A stretch of 64,000 bases of DNA, from IMG/VR virus record IMGVR_UViG_3300025435_000016, positions 1-64,000 of that record. The stretch is one strand, 5' to 3'. This DNA is from a virus. Position numbers and translations under genes: made by a program. The notes below the pieces were generated by a model. The model had not been told where the DNA came from, did no database searches, and saw only the letters and a list, made by a program, of their open reading frames with translations. Below are positions 36,997 to 44,909 of this stretch, in pieces. The stretch's first letter is position 1; every line of letters begins with the position of its first letter.

Positions 36997-37202
36997 CACT
37001 TAATCTCTAGCTTTCGCTAAAGCGTGGACTATATCTTCACCCGTAAGGGTGTTGGATGCTCTAGCCGGTACTCCGGTAGTCTCTGCACCTTCCTATTTCT
37101 AGGCTCGGCTCAGTATTGCCATATTGCTTTCGCAATTTAGGTTTCACTGAATTCTTCCAATTTATTCATTATCTATTACTAGATAAGTCGACCTGCATGT
37201 TG
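36997..37202 (-). mobile_element. group I intron (206 nt, no ORF) in tmRNA T-loop
   Basis: P/Q/R/S cores AATTCAGTGAA, AATACTGAGC, GCAGAGACTA, AAGATATAGTCC; exon ends U, intron ends G; removal restores AGGGG-TTCGATT-CCCCT. Confidence 0.9.
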
Positions 37203-37432
37203 ATCGAACCCCTGTGTTTATACTGTTAGGCTTGTACATCTACACGCTTAGCTAGCTTTCGTACTTTGGTTGACTAAAGGTAACCAGGCACCAGCGACCT
37301 ATCCATGTTTAGAGTCCTACCTATGCAGATGGAAGAGCTCTGCATAACCCCTTGCACTTATTTTAAAGGTATCACAAGTTCTACCTTACCTATTATTTTT
37401 CCAAAAGCGTAATAGGATCTGCTTTTGGTTCC

Positions 37433-37540
37433 TTAGGCTGCGATAGCGAGAGGAGCCATTTCGTCACAGAGACAGAACTCTGTGATTGTATTGACTGCCT
37501 TCTTTACCTTGGCGAGGATTGCGTTGACGTTAGTCTTTGC
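37433..37540 (-). other. tmRNA tag reading frame
   Basis: ATAAAC|GCA resume context; AKTNVNAILAKVKKAVNTITEFCLCDEMAPLAIAA*. Confidence 0.8.
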
Positions 37541-37638
37541 GTTTATGTTTTGATTAGCTTTTTAAAGTGGCCAACTAATCAACCACTACGTGCAATACAA
37601 GTTTCGAGTATAAGTCGAATCCAGTACGCCCCCAAAAT

Positions 37639-37676
37639 TATTTATACTATCAAAGATCATTTGTCCTAATGGACAT
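37639..37676 (-). promoter_or_regulatory. tmRNA leader: hairpin, boxA-like element and late promoter
   Basis: TGTCC-ATTA-GGACA, TGATCTTTGATAG, TATAAATA. Confidence 0.6.
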
Positions 37677-37706
37677 TCTATTAATATATAGTCTATTTTA
37701 AGAAGC

Positions 37707-38291
37707 TCAAGCAGGAATATAATTAATATTCATCACTACTCTCCTAGCTGTTTGTGTCGGGAGGGTGCCAGTGTGATAATGCAAACCATCGAAGATTAAA
37801 AGTCTATTTGCTTTAGCCTTTACAGTATCTAGAACTGTTGGTGTTTGAAATGTATTCTTGAGATACGCATCAGATACAAAGTTCGATGTACAGTCGTACT
37901 TCTCCTTATAAACGATAGTGTCGCCATCGGAATCATTTATATAAAGAAGTGCTGTTTTATGAGGTACACCTTCATCAATATGGACACCATTCTCATAAGG
38001 TTTATCTGCTATCGTATTAAGAATTAATCGAACTCGGAGAAGAGTATCAATCTTCTCGTTAGCGTTTGAAAGAACTCTAGTAACCGTATTCTCAATAAGC
38101 CGATGAGGATCATATAACCATCTTCCGTGATTAAACGCTATACACTGCCAACCTATGAGGTAGGGATTATCTTTTTCATTTGTCTCTCTAGTTGCCTTTC
38201 TTCCATAATTCCATGGAAAGTCAAATGACATAATATAATTTTGAAAAATATTAAATTCAGCTGACTTGAGAATATGATCTACAATTTGCAT
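37707..38291 (-). CDS. 2OG-Fe(II) oxygenase
   Basis: HID; ALLYINDSDGDT; FDGLHYH; RVVMNIN. Confidence 0.8.
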   Translation of the reverse strand: MQIVDHILKSAEFNIFQNYIMSFDFPWNYGRKATRETNEKDNPYLIGWQCIAFNHGRWLYDPHRLIENTVTRVLSNANEKIDTLLRVRLILNTIADKPYENGVHIDEGVPHKTALLYINDSDGDTIVYKEKYDCTSNFVSDAYLKNTFQTPTVLDTVKAKANRLLIFDGLHYHTGTLPTQTARRVVMNINYIPA

Positions 38292-38315
38292 TACCCTCTA
38301 TGATATAGCATCTCT

Positions 38316-38963
38316 CTAACAAATCAAGTTAGAAAGTATTCTCTCTACATATTCGTTAAAGGATTCTTGAACAGGTCCGTCAATTTGTTCTCTAGCTGCA
38401 CTAAGCTCTTTGGTAAGAAAGGTTTTTACCTGCTCAGGACTATGAAAACTATCTGTACGCATTTCTATGGCAATACCACCAGCGTTTCTCCAAGCTTTGA
38501 TATATGGAGGAAAGTCATCAATAAGGACATTTGGCTTTCCAGTTTCCGTATTAATAGCGTTTATTGTTTTATTTTTAACAAAAGACATATCGTCGGGAAG
38601 CGGGTTAAGGTGTTTATGAATCCAGATTCTCTTTCCAGTCTCTGAAGCTTTTGTATCAATACCCGCTGGGCAGGAACAAATACTGTACCCACCAGCTTCC
38701 TTAACTACAGTATCAATAATAGCTTTTGTTAATTCTCCGTTCTCACCGAATGGTTTGAGGTTAGCGAAGAATTCCTCTACGCTTCCGAAATTATCAACAA
38801 AGTGCTCTCTATCATACCAGATCTTTTTAGCCTGATCTTTCTCTTCCGGAGTTAAATCTTTATAAGGTTTATCAAAAAACCGATTGCTAATAGCTCCGAA
38901 GAGATCGGCCAGAAGACCATCCATATCGAGCATGACGCGCGGAATATGTTGCAAGGTTGACAT
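38316..38963 (-). CDS. 5'(3')-deoxyribonucleotidase-like HAD protein
   Basis: LDMDGLLAD; GKRIWI; VLIDD; WRNAGG. Confidence 0.8.
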   Translation of the reverse strand: MSTLQHIPRVMLDMDGLLADLFGAISNRFFDKPYKDLTPEEKDQAKKIWYDREHFVDNFGSVEEFFANLKPFGENGELTKAIIDTVVKEAGGYSICSCPAGIDTKASETGKRIWIHKHLNPLPDDMSFVKNKTINAINTETGKPNVLIDDFPPYIKAWRNAGGIAIEMRTDSFHSPEQVKTFLTKELSAAREQIDGPVQESFNEYVERILSNLIC

Positions 38964-39082
38964 AAATAATAATGCTGATCGCGATGGTCGAACATCCACC
39001 AGCACTAACAATACTTGAGATATGTCAGCTATAGATATTTATAATATAGAGTTACCTATATATATGCTAGGTATAAAATATC

Positions 39083-39817
39083 ATGAATTATAATAAAATT
39101 TATGATAACATTATTAGCCGCGCAAAAGAACGCGGTGCAATGAATGCTTATACGGAAAAGCATCATATTATTCCACGTTGCATGGGAGGCAATGATGACA
39201 AGATAAACTTAGCTGTATTGACACCAGAGGAACATTTTGTATGTCACTTGTTATTATTGAAAATGTATCCAGATAATAAAAAGTTAGCGTATGCAATAAG
39301 GGTGATGTGTGGTGAAAGCGCACCCACTAATAAACGTAATAATAAACTCTACGGGTGGCTGAAGCGTAGGATATATAGGAACAAAACAGTAAAAACATGC
39401 TCCACATGTGGTAATAACTTCTCTATATCATTCTGTTCATTAAAAAAGCAATTTTGTAGTAAGAAGTGCCATGATATTAATCAACGAAAATCGCGTATTA
39501 AGAAGATATGTAAAACATGTAACATGATTTTTTATGCACCACTTAGTAAGAATCTGAAGCAATTCTGCAGCATAGATTGCTCTGCAAAAGATAGAGAAAT
39601 AAAAATAATAAAAACATGTTTAGTGTGTAACCGTCAATTTAAAGTGCTACCTTCTATGAGTTTTATTAAATGCTGCAGTAGAGCGTGTGCAGATACAAAC
39701 AAAATTAAAAAAATTATAAAAACATGTCCTCTCTGTAATACACAATTTCAAGTTGTTCCTAGTAAGAAAAAGATATTCTGTAGTAGAAGTTGCTCAAAAC
39801 GCAAACATATACAATAA
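39083..39817 (+). CDS. HNH homing endonuclease with tandem CxxC...FCSxxC repeats
   Basis: YTEKHHIIPRCMGG...NLAVLTPEEHFVCHLLL; lone + strand insertion. Confidence 0.85.
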   Translation: MNYNKIYDNIISRAKERGAMNAYTEKHHIIPRCMGGNDDKINLAVLTPEEHFVCHLLLLKMYPDNKKLAYAIRVMCGESAPTNKRNNKLYGWLKRRIYRNKTVKTCSTCGNNFSISFCSLKKQFCSKKCHDINQRKSRIKKICKTCNMIFYAPLSKNLKQFCSIDCSAKDREIKIIKTCLVCNRQFKVLPSMSFIKCCSRACADTNKIKKIIKTCPLCNTQFQVVPSKKKIFCSRSCSKRKHIQ

Positions 39818-39819
39818 TC

Positions 39820-40029
39820 CTATTTGTTTTCTGCCTTGCGCTGTGACTTTTTCCACCACTTACACCAGCCATTTTTTGCAATTACACCACTAACAGCTGT
39901 ACAGTGGCCACCTTTAATCCACATCGTACACCCATCACACCTTTGACCCTTAACTGTATGTCCAACATAACCTGCTTCAGCTTTAGAATGCTTTGCTTTT
40001 GTTTTTTCGAATAAGAATTTAAAGATCAT
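39820..40029 (-). CDS. HiPIP-like iron-sulfur protein
   Basis: SKAEAGY...RCDGCTMW...CTAVSGVIAKNGWCKWW. Confidence 0.7.
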   Translation of the reverse strand: MIFKFLFEKTKAKHSKAEAGYVGHTVKGQRCDGCTMWIKGGHCTAVSGVIAKNGWCKWWKKSQRKAENK

Positions 40030-40265
40030 TTTGATGCAACTATTAATGTAAATCTATAGAGAAAATAACCCTTAAAGTGTCTATTAACAAAATCCTTTTT
40101 AGCGCTAACTACGAGCTTATTCTCTACTATAGCAAAACGTTTTGCCTTTTCGTCTAAGTGTTCTTGAGCTTGTTCTGATGTTGCAAAATACCCACACCAT
40201 TTAATACTATTTCGATCAATTGCCGGTGCTGTATTATGAGGAGGATGGGTGTCAAGCAGTGTCAT
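40026..40265 (-). CDS. hypothetical late protein
   Basis: TAAATA upstream. Confidence 0.5.
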   Translation of the reverse strand: MTLLDTHPPHNTAPAIDRNSIKWCGYFATSEQAQEHLDEKAKRFAIVENKLVVSAKKDFVNRHFKGYFLYRFTLIVASK

Positions 40266-40297
40266 GGCATTAATTATTTAGTCTGTTTTTATAAAAA

Positions 40298-40384
40298 TGG
40301 TGGGCCATCTAGGTAACGCTCCTAGCCAGTTCAATGAACATCGGATTTACAGTCCGAGCTATGTCTTTAATAGTATAATGACCC
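40298..40384 (-). tRNA. tRNA-Tyr(GTA), atypical D/T loops
   Basis: TCGGA-CT-GTA-AA-TCCGA, variable arm, T-loop AGCGTTA, CCA. Confidence 0.82.
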
Positions 40385-40393
40385 GATTAAATT

Positions 40394-41002
40394 TTATGTC
40401 CAGAAATATTGTCTACGTTTTACAAATTCAACTAGTACCTCTGTATCTTTATCAGTAATAAGCTGCTCAAGACGGTTTACCTCACCGTAAAGCTCTTCGT
40501 AAGATTGACCACGATCAGCCATTGTATAGCTCTTAACGGTACCATCTTCATTATATTCATTCGGTTTAAACCATTCATCTATTGGCGGCATTGGAGGGTA
40601 AGCGTCATCCATTTCTTTTTCTAGTTTTGGACGTTCAACTGTTATGTACTGATATGTACTCTCAAGCCATCGAGCAAACTCTACATGATGTTCTCCAGAT
40701 TGTTCCCAGTCAACAACTCCATCAATATATTCCTCTTCATAAAACTTCTTAACAAATTCAAAGTTTACATTTTCAATAAGAGAAGAAACATCAGCCCAAG
40801 TTCTAGGAATAACTTTTCTTAGGCGTTTATTCTGAGGTTTAAAGATCGGACGAATCCGATCATACCAATGATGTCGCCAGCTATAAGGTAATACATCCCA
40901 GATATCAAACGCTCCTAAAAATTTATACCTCCAACGAACCTTACCAATAATAGATAAAGGTTTTAAGGCATGGTTACGTGCTTTAAACGAGTCCGGCGTC
41001 AT
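40394..41002 (-). CDS. hypothetical protein
   Basis: 202-aa ORF. Confidence 0.6.
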   Translation of the reverse strand: MTPDSFKARNHALKPLSIIGKVRWRYKFLGAFDIWDVLPYSWRHHWYDRIRPIFKPQNKRLRKVIPRTWADVSSLIENVNFEFVKKFYEEEYIDGVVDWEQSGEHHVEFARWLESTYQYITVERPKLEKEMDDAYPPMPPIDEWFKPNEYNEDGTVKSYTMADRGQSYEELYGEVNRLEQLITDKDTEVLVEFVKRRQYFWT

Positions 41003-41031
41003 GCTATTATTATATAGCTAATGACGCCGGA
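40992..41031. promoter_or_regulatory. 11-bp hairpin overlapping start codon and promoter
   Basis: TCCGGCGTCAT/ATGACGCCGGA. Confidence 0.6.
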
Positions 41032-41055
41032 GTCAAGCAATACAAGTAATAAAAC

Positions 41056-42873
41056 TTAGGACATTGCTTCCTGTCCAATGATATTTGCACCAGCCGTCAA
41101 TCCTTGACCAAAGGTATTAATGGCGAGTGTGAGAATATCAGGGATATTACCGCGAATAGTGTTGTAGAGCGGGAAGAAGTTTGACAAGTCCTTATCCTGA
41201 ACGTTGAAACCAGGTGATACGTAGAAGGAATAAACAATCTCACCGCCAGTAAAGCTTGTAGCTGACTGGTCAACTTCAGCAAATGAGTTATATGAACTTA
41301 ATGATGCCATTGATCTCCATTGTGGATTGGTTAGCACAATAGGATTGTAAGGTGTTGAAGCGTAAAACTGAAGTAGAGCTTGTTGATTGGTTGAAAGAAG
41401 AAGGTCAAGAGGAAGAATCTGACCACGATTAATGAGGCCGATCTGATAAGGTACACCGGAGAATGCTGTAATATATGTTACACCGGTTGATGTTACCGCT
41501 CCAAAGCTCTGTTGTGTACTAACGGTAATACCAGAGAGAGGGAGCGGAATTAAACCAGTGCTTGAACCGACACCGTAAGCTGATAGCCCCATTACAACGT
41601 CAACAGCAGTAATTGAACTTGATGTATTAGAGTAGATGCGACCTGTAACACCACTTGGATAACCGACACCTGTTATTGTTGGGAAATAAATTGATAAACC
41701 AGATAACGGGGTTGATGTTGGCCAGGTATTAGGGGCAAAATTGAGCACAACGGGTGAACCTGTACCATTGAGCGTACTCACACCAGTAATAGCGCTTGAA
41801 CCGGTATTGTATGTCAAATTATACGATCCAGGAATTGGTACACCATTAGAAGCATAATTTTGGTATGTATCGACAACACGAGTACCCATGATACGGTTTC
41901 TAATAGAAAGAACCGGTTTAGCGTAATTTGAATTTATTACAGATGGAGCTGATGTACTATAACTATAGGTAAAGCCACGCTGAGGGTCTCTACCGCCTTC
42001 GATAATTACCGATACACCGTAGTGATTGAATACCTGTAAAGCATTAGAAGAGTAATTACGTTGTTCATAGCGAACGGGGAGGTTACCAGTTCTTGCCCAC
42101 GGTACAGCTATAGTATTACCTGTTCCATATTCATGGAGAACAAACGCTTCACCGTTAATAAGAATGCCCCAACGTAAGCAACCAGCTCCATACCAGGCAT
42201 ATTCTAACCATAACATCTGCACCTGACTCCAATTAAGACTATTCTTAACACCAAAAGGATCTGACCATTGTGAGAAATCAATTCTTGTATCGGTAGGTAA
42301 TCCATTGACATCGCTTCTTACGACAACATACATACCGCTTAAATTACCAGTAGCGGTATTTGGTGCACCTTGCTCGAAGAAAATACCATTGGAATCATCA
42401 AAGAAACCAACACGTTGAACTTGACCAGCATTCGGGCCACCAAAATTAACATTGGTAGCCATGTACATGGTCTTACCAGGCTGGTAGCGATGATAAGGAC
42501 GGGACTGACGAACAGTTACATCGCCAGGGTTAGAGATAGTCATCTGCACGCCACCTAATTGTGGAATTTGTTTAATTGTACCGCTTCCAGAAGTTACATT
42601 CTCCCAGCGAAGAGGCTGAGCACCATATTCAAAGTCAGCTTCATAGACGTTCTGATGAACGGAAACCTTTAAACGATTAACAACATCCTTTGTCTGCTTG
42701 CTAAGGGACATATTTACAGACCCATCAGCTTTAACATTTGTTAAATATGTCGCTTGAGCGTAGAGAGGTACCCCTTGATCATTCTGAATATTAACAAATG
42801 AATTCGACCACCCTTGAATTGGTGTCGAAGGAGGTGCTTGAAAGTTAGGAGAAGCTGATAATACGGTCGACAT
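41056..42873 (-). CDS. putative virion protein, paralog of 16457-18454
   Basis: RQSRPYHRYQPGK...RVGFFDDSNGIFFEQ; TATAAATA at 42884-42891. Confidence 0.65.
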   Translation of the reverse strand: MSTVLSASPNFQAPPSTPIQGWSNSFVNIQNDQGVPLYAQATYLTNVKADGSVNMSLSKQTKDVVNRLKVSVHQNVYEADFEYGAQPLRWENVTSGSGTIKQIPQLGGVQMTISNPGDVTVRQSRPYHRYQPGKTMYMATNVNFGGPNAGQVQRVGFFDDSNGIFFEQGAPNTATGNLSGMYVVVRSDVNGLPTDTRIDFSQWSDPFGVKNSLNWSQVQMLWLEYAWYGAGCLRWGILINGEAFVLHEYGTGNTIAVPWARTGNLPVRYEQRNYSSNALQVFNHYGVSVIIEGGRDPQRGFTYSYSTSAPSVINSNYAKPVLSIRNRIMGTRVVDTYQNYASNGVPIPGSYNLTYNTGSSAITGVSTLNGTGSPVVLNFAPNTWPTSTPLSGLSIYFPTITGVGYPSGVTGRIYSNTSSSITAVDVVMGLSAYGVGSSTGLIPLPLSGITVSTQQSFGAVTSTGVTYITAFSGVPYQIGLINRGQILPLDLLLSTNQQALLQFYASTPYNPIVLTNPQWRSMASLSSYNSFAEVDQSATSFTGGEIVYSFYVSPGFNVQDKDLSNFFPLYNTIRGNIPDILTLAINTFGQGLTAGANIIGQEAMS

Positions 42874-42918
42874 AAATTTTAATTATTTATACGAACCGGT
42901 GTATTTTTGCAATAACGA

Positions 42919-43044
42919 CTAGTACTTTTTAGTTAACTTACCCTTGACTTTTATAAATCCATCAACCTTACTTGTTGTTTTTGGGTAGTTCTCTTTATAC
43001 TTTTTGAAATCTGTTGGACGTTGTTTTGGACCTTTACCTGCCAT
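42919..43044 (-). CDS. 41-aa basic protein (not in ORF track)
   Basis: MAGKGPKQRPTDFKKYKENY... Confidence 0.55.
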   Translation of the reverse strand: MAGKGPKQRPTDFKKYKENYPKTTSKVDGFIKVKGKLTKKY

Positions 43045-43045
43045 A

Positions 43046-43954
43046 TTAGTGTTTGGTTATAATTGCTTCTACTTTATTTACCCTCCAACGGCACTTATTT
43101 CCACGGAGATTATTTTTAATTAGTCGACCTTCGGTGGTGAGCTCTCGAAGAAGCCAACCTGCGCGAGAGGCATCAACTTTAAGTTTATCGCAAATATCAG
43201 CGATAGAGAACTTACCCTCCATGCAAAGAATCTGCTTACGAGCTTCTTCTTTTTTATCAGCTTTCGTATTCCTACCTGAACCTTCAGTAGCCTTTACAGG
43301 TGTAAAATCATAGCCACGGCTTGTAAACGCACAAGTATAATCAATACCAGGACCGAAGCGATTCTTAACAAAATGAATTCTACGATGACTAGGCTCATCT
43401 TCAGCGATTTCAACAAAGACATTAACATCAACAGCGTACGTCAAAAGGTTTGTACCCTTAATAACGCCACCTTTCGTAAGATGACAGATAATAAGAACAA
43501 CACACTCTGTCTCTTTGGCACGGTTAATAAGAGTCTCAATAAACTCCTTCTCTTCCATATTACCCTTATCTACAGCATGAAACGAATCAATGACAATGAC
43601 ATCAACATCGTTCATAAAACCGATAATCTTCTTAGCACTGGATTCGTTGCAAATTCCAACATCCTCAATACCGAGACGCTTACACGCAAAAGCAACTTGA
43701 TGAATAGACTCCTCTGCCGATACGAATCCAACCCTATGACCGTTCTTAGTCATTCCATTGAGTATCTGAAGAACCATTGTCGATTTACCGACACCAGCTT
43801 TCGAAGAAATCGTAGTAATCGACCCAGGAAGAATTCCTCCTCCGAACATATCGTCAACCTCTGGAATTCCAGATTTAACACGGCGATTGTAAATATCAGG
43901 GATCTGAACATCTTTAACTGCTGTAAACGAGGTACTCTGTAGGTTAATTTTCAT
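43046..43954 (-). CDS. RadA/Sms-like RecA-fold ATPase (core only) with C-terminal HTH
   Basis: SGIPEVDDMFGGG; AGVGKST; SAEES; VIDS; KNRFG. Confidence 0.8.
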   Translation of the reverse strand: MKINLQSTSFTAVKDVQIPDIYNRRVKSGIPEVDDMFGGGILPGSITTISSKAGVGKSTMVLQILNGMTKNGHRVGFVSAEESIHQVAFACKRLGIEDVGICNESSAKKIIGFMNDVDVIVIDSFHAVDKGNMEEKEFIETLINRAKETECVVLIICHLTKGGVIKGTNLLTYAVDVNVFVEIAEDEPSHRRIHFVKNRFGPGIDYTCAFTSRGYDFTPVKATEGSGRNTKADKKEEARKQILCMEGKFSIADICDKLKVDASRAGWLLRELTTEGRLIKNNLRGNKCRWRVNKVEAIITKH

Positions 43955-43960
43955 ACTATT

Positions 43961-43989
43961 AGTATATTGGAATTTAAAAGGAACTACAA
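43961..43989 (-). promoter_or_regulatory. sigma70-type promoter with TTCCT motif
   Basis: TTGTAG-17(ttcctt...)-TATACT. Confidence 0.65.
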
Positions 43990-43994
43990 TAATA

Positions 43995-44267
43995 TTATTT
44001 GAGTTTTTTGAATTTTACTTCAGCTTCAGCAAGAGTACGGTGCGTCCATCCAGCAGTACCCCATTGTGAAGTAGAAGGGTAGGCTTCGCCCGGTGGAATC
44101 TTTTGTCCTCCGAGTTCGTAGCCATTGTGACGATTAATTTTAACAACCTCGAACGTCTTCCCTGTTTGACCCTTTTTCGTCTGTTCGTAGATTGCTTTAT
44201 CACCTACACGCTTAATTTGCTTGTAGGTAAATCCTTTCTTATCGAATTGTTTAGGTAGTATCTTCAT
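43995..44267 (-). CDS. hypothetical protein
   Basis: FEVV...EAYPSTSQWGTAGWT. Confidence 0.65.
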   Translation of the reverse strand: MKILPKQFDKKGFTYKQIKRVGDKAIYEQTKKGQTGKTFEVVKINRHNGYELGGQKIPPGEAYPSTSQWGTAGWTHRTLAEAEVKFKKLK

Positions 44268-44306
44268 GATTCTTTTATAATAGAGACTTTATAGGGAACT
44301 ACAAGC

Positions 44307-44609
44307 TTATTTCCCATTTATTTCTAAGGCACGTTTAAGAAAATCGCTTCCAAGGGCTATTGTAACACCTGTTGCACCGAGCTCTTTCCGAACATCAGCA
44401 ACACTCTTTCCTTGCTTGAGAAGAGTGAGAGCATCTCGACAAATATAATGCTTAAGAAACTCTTCCTTCGATCCAACCTTCTTAGCCTTTTCTTCCAAAT
44501 ATTCACTATTTGTAGGGCGTTCCTTACCTGTGACAATACAAGTAAGAACATTCGGGTCCTTGGCAATCGCTTTCTTAAAGCGTTTATTAATCTCTTCTGC
44601 GTTTAACAT
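44307..44609 (-). CDS. TCIVTG-family protein
   Basis: paralogous to 45546-46121. Confidence 0.6.
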   Translation of the reverse strand: MLNAEEINKRFKKAIAKDPNVLTCIVTGKERPTNSEYLEEKAKKVGSKEEFLKHYICRDALTLLKQGKSVADVRKELGATGVTIALGSDFLKRALEINGK

Positions 44610-44615
44610 TCTTTT

Positions 44616-44644
44616 ATAGTAAAAAATAGTTTAGGAATATGCAA
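44616..44644 (-). promoter_or_regulatory. sigma70-type promoter with TTCCT motif
   Basis: TTGCAT-17(attcct...)-TACTAT. Confidence 0.6.
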
Positions 44645-44657
44645 TATAAAAAGTTGC

Positions 44658-44695
44658 AAAAAAAGGACCGGCTCCTAAATCATAGCAGCCGGTCC
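44658..44695 (-). terminator. intrinsic terminator
   Basis: GGACCGGCT/AGCCGGTCC plus U7. Confidence 0.8.
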
Positions 44696-44714
44696 CTCTC
44701 ATTGTTAGTTAAGA

Positions 44715-44909
44715 TTAAGCAACGGTAATTGCGTTAGTCTTGATAGCACGGGTAATGTCGCGAGCGTCAACGCGCTGGATAGAGCGCTTGAACTGATTGG
44801 TGCGGTTAAGCACCTTCGCACGCTTAACGGTAAAGCTACCGTCGCGGTTACGTTCCATTGTTACAAAGAATGTCTTCGGACGAAGATTCTTATTTGTGTA
44901 GTCGATCAT
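44715..44909 (-). CDS. small Arg-rich protein with perfect SD
   Basis: AAGGAGGTGA at 44918-44927; own terminator. Confidence 0.7.
   Translation of the reverse strand: MIDYTNKNLRPKTFFVTMERNRDGSFTVKRAKVLNRTNQFKRSIQRVDARDITRAIKTNAITVA

Larger units (their letters stand above)
36980..37633 (-). ncRNA. ssrA: tmRNA, intron-split (exons 37633-37203 and 36996-36980)
   Basis: 5' GGGGGCGTACTGGATTCGAC; 3' CGCCTCCACCA; G3.U pair; tag ORF ending LAIAA. Confidence 0.93.

Noticed and set aside
43373-43942. 189-aa + strand ORF and similar nested or antisense ORFs in the track (for example 6704, 12083, 16495, 33005, 58713)
   Set aside because: Shadows of well-supported genes, with no motifs or expression signals
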